From Candidatus Binatia bacterium (GTDB lineage: Bacteria; Desulfobacterota; Binatia; Bin18): a DNA stretch of 64,000 nucleotides. Position 1 is the first letter of the stretch, and every line of letters begins with the position of its first letter. The position numbers and the translations under genes are program-made. Of the stretch, positions 22,688-31,999 are shown in pieces. The stretch lies in the NCBI GenBank assembly GCA_963666315.2, contig CAXXHG010000036.1, positions 1-64,000 of the forward strand. The letters are read 5' to 3'. The notes under the pieces are model-generated. The model saw nothing but the letters and a program-made list of their open reading frames with translations, did not search any database and had not been told where the DNA came from.

Positions 22688-23695
22688 ATGGCGATACGTG
22701 TTGGAATCAATGGTTTTGGTCGCATTGGGCGGAATATCTTTCGTGCCAGTATCACCGAACCCGGGCTGGAATTTGTCGCTCTCAATGACATCACTGACGC
22801 AAAAACGCTCGCCCACCTCCTCCGCTACGACTCGATCCACGGGCGGCTCGACGCGGACGTCGTGGCGCAAGACGACGCGCTGATTGTCAATGGGAAAAAG
22901 ATTCAGATTATCCAAGAACGTGATCCCGGTAAGCTCCCGTGGAAAGACCTTGGGGTGGATATTGCCATTGAATCTACCGGCCTGTTCACCGCGCGCGACA
23001 AATCCGAGCTGCATCTATCAGCCGGAGCCAAGAAGGTCATTATTTCTGCACCAGCCAAGGATCCGGACATCACTCTGTGCTACGGCGTCAACCATACCAG
23101 CTATGAGCCGGATACGCATCATATCATTTCGAACGCCTCGTGTACCACCAACTGCTTATCCCCTGTTGCAAAAGTGCTCCACGATTCCTTTGGCATTAAA
23201 CGTGGCCTGATGACGACCATACATGCCTATACAAATGAACAGCGTATCCTGGATCTGCCCCACTCCGATATGCGGCGTGCTCGGGCAGCAGCGCTGTCTA
23301 TGATTCCGACCTCAACCGGAGCAGCCCGTGCGGTTGGCGAGGTCCTGCCAGAGCTCAAGGGCAAACTCGACGGCATGGCCATTCGCGTTCCAACCGCCAA
23401 TGTCTCGGTCGTTGACCTCGTTGCGGAGCTGGGCCGAACCGTCACGGTCGAAGAGGTCAACAGCGCGATCCGGACCGCCGCCGAAGGACCGCTCAAAGGC
23501 GTGTTGCAGTATTGCGAGGAAGAGCTTGTTTCCGTCGATTTTAACGGCAACCCACATTCGTCCATTTTCGACTCTTTGCTGACCAAAGTCATGGACAATA
23601 ATTTTGTCAAGGTCCTGGCCTGGTATGACAACGAATGGGGGTTCTCTAATCGCATGCGTGACGTGACGCTCTTCATCGGGCAGCAACTCGTTTGA
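22688..23695 (+). CDS. gap: Type I glyceraldehyde-3-phosphate dehydrogenase
   Basis: GINGFGRIGR, ASCTTNCL and WYDNEWG. Confidence 0.99.
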   Translation: MAIRVGINGFGRIGRNIFRASITEPGLEFVALNDITDAKTLAHLLRYDSIHGRLDADVVAQDDALIVNGKKIQIIQERDPGKLPWKDLGVDIAIESTGLFTARDKSELHLSAGAKKVIISAPAKDPDITLCYGVNHTSYEPDTHHIISNASCTTNCLSPVAKVLHDSFGIKRGLMTTIHAYTNEQRILDLPHSDMRRARAAALSMIPTSTGAARAVGEVLPELKGKLDGMAIRVPTANVSVVDLVAELGRTVTVEEVNSAIRTAAEGPLKGVLQYCEEELVSVDFNGNPHSSIFDSLLTKVMDNNFVKVLAWYDNEWGFSNRMRDVTLFIGQQLV

Positions 23696-23699
23696 TCCC

Positions 23700-24461
23700 A
23701 TGTCTACCCGTCGTACACTCATTGTCGGTAACTGGAAAATGCACAAGACCCTGGCCGAGACAGCCGAGCTGCTGTCGGCCCTGGCCGCGCAGTTTCCAGA
23801 CAACCTCTCGGATCGAGAGGTCATTGTTGCTCCTCCGTTCCCTGCGCTGGAAACAGCAGCACGGACACTGAGCGGTTCAGCGATTCGTTTAGCCGCTCAG
23901 AATCTGCATGGGGAAACGCAGGGCGCATTTACCGGGGAAGTCTCGGGTCCCATGCTGAAAGCCATCGGCTGCCAGTATGTCATCATCGGCCATTCCGAAC
24001 GGCGGCAGTATTGTGGCGAAACCGACGCACAGGTCGCTAAAAAAGTGCAAGCCGCTCAACGCGATAGTTTGACCTCGATTATTTGTGTGGGAGAAACCTT
24101 GGAAGAACGGGAACGCCGAGAAACTCTCCACGTCATCTCACGCCAAATCCGCGGGGCTCTTGAGGGTCTAACCGCTCGTGCTATTGCCACCCTCGTCATT
24201 GCCTACGAGCCGATCTGGGCAATTGGTACGGGCAAGACAGCGTCGCCCGAACAAGCCCAGGGCATCCATGCGGCCATTCGTACCACGCTGGCCGAGCTCT
24301 CTGATCAGCCCAGCGCAGATGCCGTACGCATTCTATACGGCGGTAGCGTCAAACCCGATAATGTCGACGGCCTCATGGCCCAAGTCGATATCGATGGTGC
24401 CTTAGTCGGTGGGGCAAGTTTGCAAGCCGACGCATTTGCTCGTATTGTCCACTTCGCGTAG
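23700..24461 (+). CDS. tpiA: Triosephosphate isomerase
   Basis: [22 protein letters not shown] and YGGSV. Confidence 0.99.
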   Translation: MSTRRTLIVGNWKMHKTLAETAELLSALAAQFPDNLSDREVIVAPPFPALETAARTLSGSAIRLAAQNLHGETQGAFTGEVSGPMLKAIGCQYVIIGHSERRQYCGETDAQVAKKVQAAQRDSLTSIICVGETLEERERRETLHVISRQIRGALEGLTARAIATLVIAYEPIWAIGTGKTASPEQAQGIHAAIRTTLAELSDQPSADAVRILYGGSVKPDNVDGLMAQVDIDGALVGGASLQADAFARIVHFA

Positions 24462-24474
24462 AATTCGCCTTATT

Positions 24475-24906
24475 ATGTTGTACACAAGCTTAATCGTTGT
24501 TCATGTGCTCGCCTGCGTTTTCCTTATTGCCGTTGTACTTTTGCAAACCGGCAAAGGCGCAGACATGGGAGCCGTATTTGGTGGCTCGAGTGAAACAGTC
24601 TTCGGCAGCTCCGGCGCCGGCAACTTCTTGACAAAGCTGACAACCGGAGTGGCTGCCCTTTTTATGCTCACGTCGCTGGTGATGACCTATGGCTCAGCCC
24701 TTCGGACCACGCAAAGTCTGTTTGATGACGTCCCTGAGGATACATCCACCCAAGAAGGCGAGGCGACAGAGGCCGCCCCGCCGGTGACCGACGCGGAAGA
24801 GAACCCGGCCTCAGAGCCCCAAGCCTCTGCGCCGCCACTGACCGAGAGTTCGCCTGCTGAAGTACCCGCGCCGGCTTCAGAGACGCACACACCGGGAACA
24901 GGCTAG
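24475..24906 (+). CDS. secG: Preprotein translocase subunit SecG
   Basis: VLLQTGKGADMGAVFGG...FLTKLT with an acidic Pro-rich tail; follows tpiA. Confidence 0.96.
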   Translation: MLYTSLIVVHVLACVFLIAVVLLQTGKGADMGAVFGGSSETVFGSSGAGNFLTKLTTGVAALFMLTSLVMTYGSALRTTQSLFDDVPEDTSTQEGEATEAAPPVTDAEENPASEPQASAPPLTESSPAEVPAPASETHTPGTG

Positions 24907-25011
24907 CCCCAGGCAGAAGCACCGTCGGCTGCAACGCCAAGCAGTTAGCCTCTGTGTTGGATGAGGACCACCCTAGAGCGGCTTCAAGACACCTCCTTGG
25001 AAATAGCAATT

Positions 25012-25063
25012 CCCTCGCCCCTTTGGGGAGAAGGCGGCGGCCACGTAGTGGACGCGGGAGGGG
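25012..25063. repeat. Degenerate CCCTC...GAGGGG palindromic repeat element
   Basis: CCCTCGCCCCTTTGGGGAGAAGG...GGGAGGGG, resembling the widespread CCCTCTCCC..GGGAGAGGG intergenic repeat. Located near the left edge of the insert. Confidence 0.45.
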
Positions 25064-25077
25064 CATGGAATGAGATT

Positions 25078-28000
25078 TCAACCACCCTCTGTCCGACGGG
25101 TCGTCTTCTTTTTCTTCAGGCGATGGCTGGGCGCCCCACCCAACTGACTGAGCACGGCTTTTGCTTCTTGGAGATCTCGGGTTCCAAACCCCTCAGTAAA
25201 CCAATTATACACATCCGCAAGTACGTGGCGCGCTTCTGCTTGCCTGTCCTGCTCAGTCCACCATCGACTCAAACTCATCGCGGCCCGCAATTCCAATAAT
25301 TTTGCATGCTGGGAGCGGGCGATCTCCAGGGCCTTTTGATAGCAGCCCTCGATCTCGACTGCTATTTTTGCTTGCTGTCTTTTGCCCTGTGCCTGCTTGC
25401 TCAGCAACTCTCCCTTGAGTCGATGCAGCTCGGCTTCGGACTCCCGTTCCTCACTCTTTTGCATAACCGTGAACGTCTCGGCCACAGCATCCAGGCCTGC
25501 TCGTATTTGCCCACTCTTCAGATATCCCGTGGCGAGCAGGAGAAGACAGGTCGTCACATGATTGCCGACCCCCATGTGACGTAGGGTTGCTAACCCGTCC
25601 TGAATCTGTGCAATCCCCTTTTGCCCATTTTGCCTATTTTGTCCATTTTGCAGGCTGCTGTGTTCGATGAACGTCCAGCCGTTGGAAATCGTATCCCACA
25701 TATGAAACATCGCATGACCTTCAGTCGTTGCAGTGGTGCGAACAGCATCGAGCAGGGCACGAGACAGTTGTTCCTCGCGACGAATCAGGCGCAAATAAGA
25801 CGCGCTCACATGAGCCACGACTACCGTCATGCGGTTGGTCTGTTCCTGGGCGCGGGTCAGAGACTCCTGACTGCGTTGCGCAGCCTCATCCGGATAGCCC
25901 AAATACCACGAGGCCCGCGCCAGATGGGCAAGACTCAGCGCCTTGGGGTCATCTCCGTACACAAAACCTAAATCGTCGTATTTGTGCGGCTCGAAGAGCG
26001 CCAAGCACTGCTCCTCATGTGTACGGCACTGGGCAAACTCCCCGCGCAGAACCAGGCAACCGCCCATGTGAGCATGTGCCTCTATGAGGAGGGCGGGGTC
26101 CTGCGCGTCTTTCGCGATTTTCAAGAGCTGTTGGCCTAATTCCAGGCCTCGATTCAGATCTCCCCTAACAATATGGAAGCGCCGGATTCCATGCAGGGCC
26201 GAAAAGAGTTGGGGGGTTTCCAGTTGTTGACACAAGACAAAGGCTCGATCATAGACCTGCTCGACGGCTGGCGCCGTGTAGCCGTGTGTCATCAGCAGGG
26301 GGATACTCAAGGTCATCTGAAGAGCCAGCTCTTGTTGTCTCCGTTCGGGTGTGTCGGCAAGAGCCGCCACTAAGCCTAAACCCGTCTGGAAATGCCCGAT
26401 CGCTTCTTGGGGGGCGTTGCGTCGGAGGGCAGCCTGTCCCGCCTGGTGATGATACTCAATAGCCTTTGGTGCCAGCCGCCCCTCTTCAAAATGGAGGGCG
26501 AACCCCCCGGCAATCTCTCCCGCCCGCTCCCCATAACCTGCCTCCAAGCGCTGTGCCATCTGCCGGTGGAGTTGCACCCGGCGTCCCTCGGCCAGGCGTT
26601 CATACAATACCTCCTGGTAGAGGGCATACACAAAACGATAGTGCGAAGCCACCGTCCCATCCGGCCACTCGCCCACGCCTGCCCGCTCTAATGAGGTGAC
26701 TGTGTCGAACAATATCCTCACAGGCCTCCTCAACTCTGCGCAGTTGCTGGTCAACACCCGTCGCCAGTGTGGCAGTCGAGAAAGTCATCCCGGCGACACT
26801 GGCGACTTCAAGCGGCCGTTGCTGTGTTGCGCCCAAATGTCCAACCTGTCGATCCAGCAGCTGCTGAAGACTGGCGGGGACACTGCGCTCTATGTCTTCA
26901 ATCTTCCCCCGCAGTTCCCACCCGGCGTCTGCCTGGACGAGCTACGCTTGCTCCACCAACTCGTCCACCAGCGTGACCATGAATAACGGATTCCCCTCGG
27001 CCCGCTCATGCAGGAAACGCGCGAGCTGCGGCAGCCAAGCAGCCTGCTGAGCCCCCGGCGCAAACCGCCGCCTGAGATAGTCCTGCACCGCCTCTTCGCT
27101 CAAGTATCCGAGCAGCAGCTCTTCACACTGCTGATGCATCTGTAGTTCTTGCTTCACCGCCTTGAGCGGATGATCGCGTATGATCACGTCCACCGGCCGG
27201 TACGTCCCAAGCACGAGCAGCCGTGCCGGCTCCGGTCGTCGTGCAAAGGCGGTCAGGAGATCGAGCGTAGAGACATCACTCCAGTGCAAATCCTCGATAA
27301 TCAGAACTAAGGGTCTTTCCGCAGTCAGTACCTCGACCACTTCGGCCATCTCGCGCAGCATCTTCTCCTTGCTTGTCCGCATCACCTGGCGCTGCAGCTC
27401 TTCCGCAGACACCAACGTCGGCATCTGCACCAGCCAGGTAGGCGCGTGCTGTCCGAGCAGCGAGATCAGCCGTTGGCCCTCCGGTCCCCGACATAACCGT
27501 CCCAAGGCTTCCAATATCGGCAGATACGCCTCGCCCGGCCCGTATTGCTCAATGCATTGCCCTTGTCCCAGCCACACAGCCCCATCCTGCTTCGCATATG
27601 TCTGAACGTGGTGGACAAAAGCTTCGACTACAGTCGTCTTGCCGATTCCCGCCTCGCCTGTCATAAACACGATCTGCCGCTCTCCCCTGAGCGCCCGCTC
27701 TAATATACGGCGCAATTGTCCCAGCTCGGCTTCCCGCCCCACCATATGCGCCATAGGCGCCGTAGGAAGGCTGGGGGACTGGGCGTCAGAGCTTTTTTGG
27801 ACAGTCGCAATAAACCGATAGCCACGCCGATGGACTGTCTCGATACATCGCGGAGTCAGCGCACGCTCCCTGAGCGCTTTCCGAATCCTGGCAACACACA
27901 CCGTGAGCGTTGCCTCACTCACACACGTCTCAGGCCAGAACGCTGTCAGGAGTTCCTCTTTTGTGACTAACTGCCCAGGTCGCTCGGCCATATAGCACAG

Positions 28001-28111
28001 CACGCCGAAAGCTTTATGGGAGAGTGGAATCGTCTTTTTTCCGCGCCACAGCTGTGCGTTTTCCGAGTCCAGATAGTACGGACCGAAGCGAAGCCCTTGT
28101 TTTTCCTTCAT
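25078..28111 (-). pseudogene. Winged-helix (OmpR/CadC-type) + AAA_16/STAND-like ATPase + TPR regulator, disrupted
   Basis: wHTH (IETVHRRGYRF), Walker A GEAGIGKT, Walker B IIEDLHW and GNPLF. In-frame TAG at 26942-26944, after which the same frame continues LVQADAGWELRG. A frameshift near 26690 leads into the TPR region ending YNWFTEGFGTRDLQEAKAVL. Confidence 0.88.
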
Positions 28112-28130
28112 TTTCTGTGCTCTGCCAGGA

Positions 28131-28174
28131 TTCGGAAAAATTTAGAGAAATGTTCGATTTTTGTTAGGACTTTG
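28131..28174 (+). promoter_or_regulatory. Four phased 11-bp direct repeats (putative wHTH operator)
   Basis: TTCGGAAAAAT / TTAGAGAAATG / TTCGATTTTTG / TTAGGACTTTG, followed by a -10-like TATCCT at 28190-28195. Confidence 0.55.
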
Positions 28175-28233
28175 CCGCAGCCCTGCACGTATCCTTGGAT
28201 CATACCACACGACTAGCCAACCAAGGAGGAGTT

Positions 28234-28461
28234 GTGGGAGGAGTTCTAAGGCCACACGCAGAGCCACATCTATCGCTGTCCCCTGCCTGGGCGTTCGTCG
28301 TACAGTTCCGGGCGACTCGCCAGGGTCAACCCAGCCGCTGGGAAGGACGGGTGGAGCATGTCGTGTCGAGCCAGGCGGCTACTTTTCATTCGCAGCAGGA
28401 ACTGTTGGCGTTCCTGGAATCCATGCTGGAGCGGCGCACTGCGAAACCGATTCAGGATTAA
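28234..28461 (+). CDS. Small hypothetical protein (~75 aa) divergent from the wHTH-ATPase gene
   Basis: AAGGAGG before GTG 28234. Protein-like core AFVVQFR...WEGRVEHVVSSQAATFHSQQELLAFL. Confidence 0.7.
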   Translation: MGGVLRPHAEPHLSLSPAWAFVVQFRATRQGQPSRWEGRVEHVVSSQAATFHSQQELLAFLESMLERRTAKPIQD

Positions 28462-28475
28462 AACAGACATGTGGT

Positions 28476-28505
28476 GTCGGGTTACGCTCCGCCAACCCGA
28501 CCTAC
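28476..28505 (-). repeat. GTAG-type REP-like hairpin
   Basis: Minus strand GTAGGTCGGGTTGGCGGAGCGTAACCCGAC. Confidence 0.7.
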
Positions 28506-28874
28506 GAGATTGGCATCAGGCGCTACAAGGAGGTTCGTATGCTGGGCTTGTCAAAAAAGCTGGAAACGCGGCTAGGAGCGACACGTGCGGAGACCAAATC
28601 GGTATCCGATAGCGTGCACTTTCGTGAAACTGCCCCTTTCGTCTCGCCCACACTGATGGGGTCCGGCGCTGCGGCGTCCAGGCCCTTTTTTGTTCACCCG
28701 CAGCGAGTCGGAGGTGCGTACGGTGCAGTCTCAGAACCCACACTTCGGCCAGGCACTCTGGCCACCACAAGAACCCTCCCCGGCGACGCGTGCGGGTTCT
28801 CCCATATTGGAAGCATATCTGGAAAAGAACAGGCTGGTGCCATGTTGGACGTGAGTCCTGTGCCCTATGAGGAC

Positions 28875-30162
28875 ATGCGTGAGCGCATGCCGCCGGTTGG
28901 TCGGACGTGCTTCGGTATGTGGACGCTGTGTATAGTTCTCTTGTTGACGCCCGTTGGCGTCGAAGCGGCAACTATCGACACCGTTGCAGGCACCGGGGTC
29001 CCCGGTTTCTCGGGCGACGGCGGACCGGCGACGGAACGCAGGCCTTAACGGCGACGGGATTGCTGCCACGTCGGCGAGCCTCAACGCGCCGTTCGAAATC
29101 GACTGCGACGACGCCGGCAACCTCTACCTCTCTGACCTGCTGAATGGGCGCCTCCGTTTCGTCGATGCAGCGACCGGACTGATCGACACAATCGCCGGTA
29201 ACGGCGGCTTTGGATTCGGCGGTGACGGCGGGCCGGCCACGCTCGCAACCCTCTTCCTACCTCAAGGCACTGCCGTCGACGCGGCCGGCAATATCTACAT
29301 TGCCGACACCAGCAACTACCGCGTGCGGCGCGTCGACGCGCTGACCGGCATCATCACAACGATCGCGGGCACCGGCGGCGACGGTGGGCTGGCCATCCTG
29401 GCCTCGTTCTCCAGCATGCGGCAGCTCGACGTCGATGACGCGGGCAACGTTTACGTGCTCAATAACGACGCGGGCGGCGGTCGGATCCGGCGCATCGATG
29501 CCGTGACCGGCATCATCGATACCGTCGCCGGTGGCGGCGCGACCATCGCCGACTCGGGGCTCGCGACCGATCTCGCGATCGGGTTCGTCACCGTCGCCAC
29601 CAATGCCGCGGGAACGGAACTCCTGATCGCCTCCGAGACCTGCGTTTGGCGCGTCGATCGCGCCGGCGGTACGATCGAGGCGGTGGCCGGTGACGGTACG
29701 TTCGGTTACTCCGGCGACGGCGGCGACGCGCTCCTCGCGCAGTTCAACACGCTCAGCGGGGTCGAAGGGGGCGGCTTCTGGCTCGCCGACGCTAAGAACC
29801 AACGCGTACGCCTCGTCGAGGCCGCCGTCGGGCTGATCGACATCGTCATCGACCTGGCCACTCTGCAGGCCCTCCTCGATCAGCTGGCGAGCATCCAGGG
29901 CAGCCTCATTATGGACGCGGTTGCGGGGCGCCTCGATCTCCTTCTCCCAATCCTCACCGACGTACTCAATGACGTCACGATCGACAACAACGCCGACCTG
30001 GTGACAATCAGCTTCCCGGTGCTGGGGAGCACTGGTGGCGACGTCACCGTCACGAACAACGGCCAGCTCGGCTCAGTCGACTTTCCTTCGCTCGGTTCCA
30101 CCGGAGGCTCGGTCACGATCACCAACAATGGTTCGGCGGGTGTTGTCGACCTCTCCTCATAG
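28875..30162 (+). pseudogene. Secreted NHL-repeat (teneurin-like) protein with receptor-L-domain-like repeats, frameshifted and truncated
   Basis: Signal peptide (...CIVLLLTPVGVEA) followed by TIDTVAGTGVPGFSGDGGPAT, with a frame break near 29035. Then repeats IAGNGGFGFGGDGGPATLA and VAGDGTFGYSGDGGDA, and C-terminal IDNNADLVTISFPVLGSTGG repeats. Visibly higher GC than the flanks. Confidence 0.8.
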
Positions 30163-30276
30163 TCACCGAATGGGTGCGGTGCGAAGGAAAATTCGATCTT
30201 GCTGAAGCCGTTCAACAGTCCCTCGACATTATCCTCAACGGTCTTGCCACACACACAGAAAAAATAGGAGAACCGC
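30159..30276 (+). pseudogene. Possible C-terminal remnant of a TetR-like regulator
   Basis: An alternative frame reads IVTEWVRCEGKFDLAEAVQQSLDIILNGLA, immediately upstream of the FAD oxidoreductase. GC drops abruptly at this junction. Confidence 0.4.
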
Positions 30277-31690
30277 ATGTCCCAAACTCACGCTGTTGTC
30301 ATTGGGGGAAGCATGGCCGGCTTGTGCACCGCACGCGCGCTGTGTGATCATTTCGACACCGTTACGGTGATAGACTGGGATCGCTACCCTGAGGGTGCGC
30401 TTGAGCGGGCCGGCGTACCGCAAAGCCCCCATGTGCACGCCGTCCTGGTGCGAGGCAGGCAAGAGCTCAACCGCTTCTTTCCTGGCTTTGACAGCCTGAT
30501 GCTGGAGCGTGGGGCACATGACATCGACTTTGGCAGTGACTTTGCGACGCTGCGTCCGTGGGGTTGGGAGCGTCGCCAGCCCACCGGCATGATGACCCTG
30601 TTTGCCAGTCGGACTCTGATAGAGTCCACCGTCCGAGAACTCTTCCGCAAGCAGCCGAATGTGGAACTCCGCGAGCAGACTCGCGTCACCGGGCTGGGCA
30701 TGACGGCCCATGGTCATAAACGCATCGACCAGGTCCATATTGCCCCACACCAGGATGGCGCACCGAGCACGATACAGGCCGAGCTTGTCATCAATGCCAG
30801 TGGCCGCGCCTCCAAGGCGCCCGACTGGCCACAGGAACTGGGCCTTACACCGCCGCAAGAAACCATTGTGAATTCCTACTCACGCTATAGCTCACGCTGG
30901 TTCCAGGCTCCGCCGGCCGATGAGCTCCCAGCTGAGTGGTAGTGGAAGGGCATCTGGCTCGAACCGGAACTGCCCGGGGGCATGCTGGCCGGGGTATTAT
31001 TCCCGGTCGAACAAGGACGCCGGATAGTCACATTAGGCGGAGTGGCCAAAAACTATCCGCCTAAAGGCGAAGCGGGTTTTATGGACGGCCTGTCCTAGCT
31101 ACGTTCGCCGATACTGGCCGAAGCCGTCCGCCTGGCAGAGCCGATCTCTCCGGTCTATTGCTACCGCGCCATGGCTAATCGATTTCGTCGGTACGAGAAG
31201 TGGAATGAGCGCGCTGACGGATTTATCGCCGTGGGCCACTCGACCTGCGCCTTTAACCCCATCTATGGACAAGGCATGACGACCGGAGCGCTTTCGGCCG
31301 GGGCACTTCAAAAATGTCTGAAAAAATACGGGCCTACGCACCCTGAACTTGCCCGGCACTTCTTCCAAGCCCAAGCGCAGGTGCAATCCTATCCATGGGG
31401 GTTGGCAACCGGCGCAGACTTCACCTATCCCGCCACAGAAGGCGAGCGGACGGCCGGATCGCGCATTTTTGCGCCCTATTATGAGCGCCCTTTTCAGAAC
31501 TGCCATCGAGGACATGGAGCTGCATCGCCAGGTTGATGAAGTCATCAATATGCTCCAGCCGCCGTCTAGCTTCTTCACCCCGACCGTCATGGCACGCGTT
31601 GCCCGCGGAACTCTGCGGCGCTGGCTGCAGAGGAAATCCGAGCAGCACGCGATCCCGGCTATGCCGCCTACTCCTGTGCCGGTTGGCTGA
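30277..31690 (+). pseudogene. FAD-dependent oxidoreductase/epoxidase-like, disrupted
   Basis: GGSMAGL, RAGVPQSPHVH and FNPIYGQGMT. In-frame TAG at 30940 and 31096, and a frameshift near 31480. Confidence 0.88.
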
Positions 31691-31723
31691 GTTTGTGAGG
31701 CAAGCAGACTCCCCTTGCCCCTC

Positions 31724-31752
31724 TAGACCAGTCTGCTGGAGCGCGGTATCAT
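31724..31752 (+). promoter_or_regulatory. sigma70-like promoter of tRNA-Leu
   Basis: TAGACC, 17-bp spacer, TATCAT. Confidence 0.55.
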
Positions 31753-31797
31753 TCCTGGCCGCGATACCCTATACAGTGAGAAAAGCGCTGTAATTCT

Positions 31798-31881
31798 GCG
31801 AGGATGGCGGAACTGGTAGACGCGCTAGTTTGAGGGACTAGTGGGGTAACACCTGTGGGGGTTCAAGTCCCCCTCCTCGCA
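31798..31881 (+). tRNA. tRNA-Leu(GAG); CCA not encoded
   Basis: Acceptor stem GCGAGGA/TCCTCGC, anticodon arm CTAGT-TTGAGGG-ACTAG, long variable arm and T-loop GTTCAAGTC. Confidence 0.97.
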
Positions 31882-31889
31882 ATTCCTTT

Positions 31890-31920
31890 CGGGCAGGGAC
31901 TACTCTGCCCGTTTCGTTTT
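31890..31920 (+). terminator. Intrinsic terminator after tRNA-Leu
   Basis: CGGGCAGGG-ACTA-CTCTGCCCG followed by TTTCGTTTT. Confidence 0.65.
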
Positions 31921-31999
31921 GTGCGCAGTTTCGGCTTTAGTGGAGGAAGGCGGCTCTTAACATTGACTCCCGTATGGGGTTGTGAGACACAGGAGAATT

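Noticed and set aside
25615-25652. Triple 9-nt repeat (QNGQNRQNGQ) in the TPR region
   Set aside because: A short slippage expansion inside a pseudogene, with no spacers or other sign of function.
28620-28690. GAAAC...GTC...CTGATG resembling a hammerhead ribozyme core
   Set aside because: Stems I and III cannot be paired, and the core reads CTGATGG rather than CTGATGA.
28161-29048. 295-aa ORF read as one protein
   Set aside because: It overlaps the better small ORF and a REP. Only the last ~55 codons (signal plus first NHL repeat) look protein-like.
26942-31098. Three in-frame TAG codons (26942, 30940, 31096) suggesting amber recoding or pyrrolysine
   Set aside because: Core genes (ndk, sucD, uppS, pal, tpiA, secG) end at TAG. 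The same genes also carry frameshifts, at least two TAGs are one transition from TGG or CAG, and an in-frame TAA occurs at 47730. Ordinary nonsense decay fits better.
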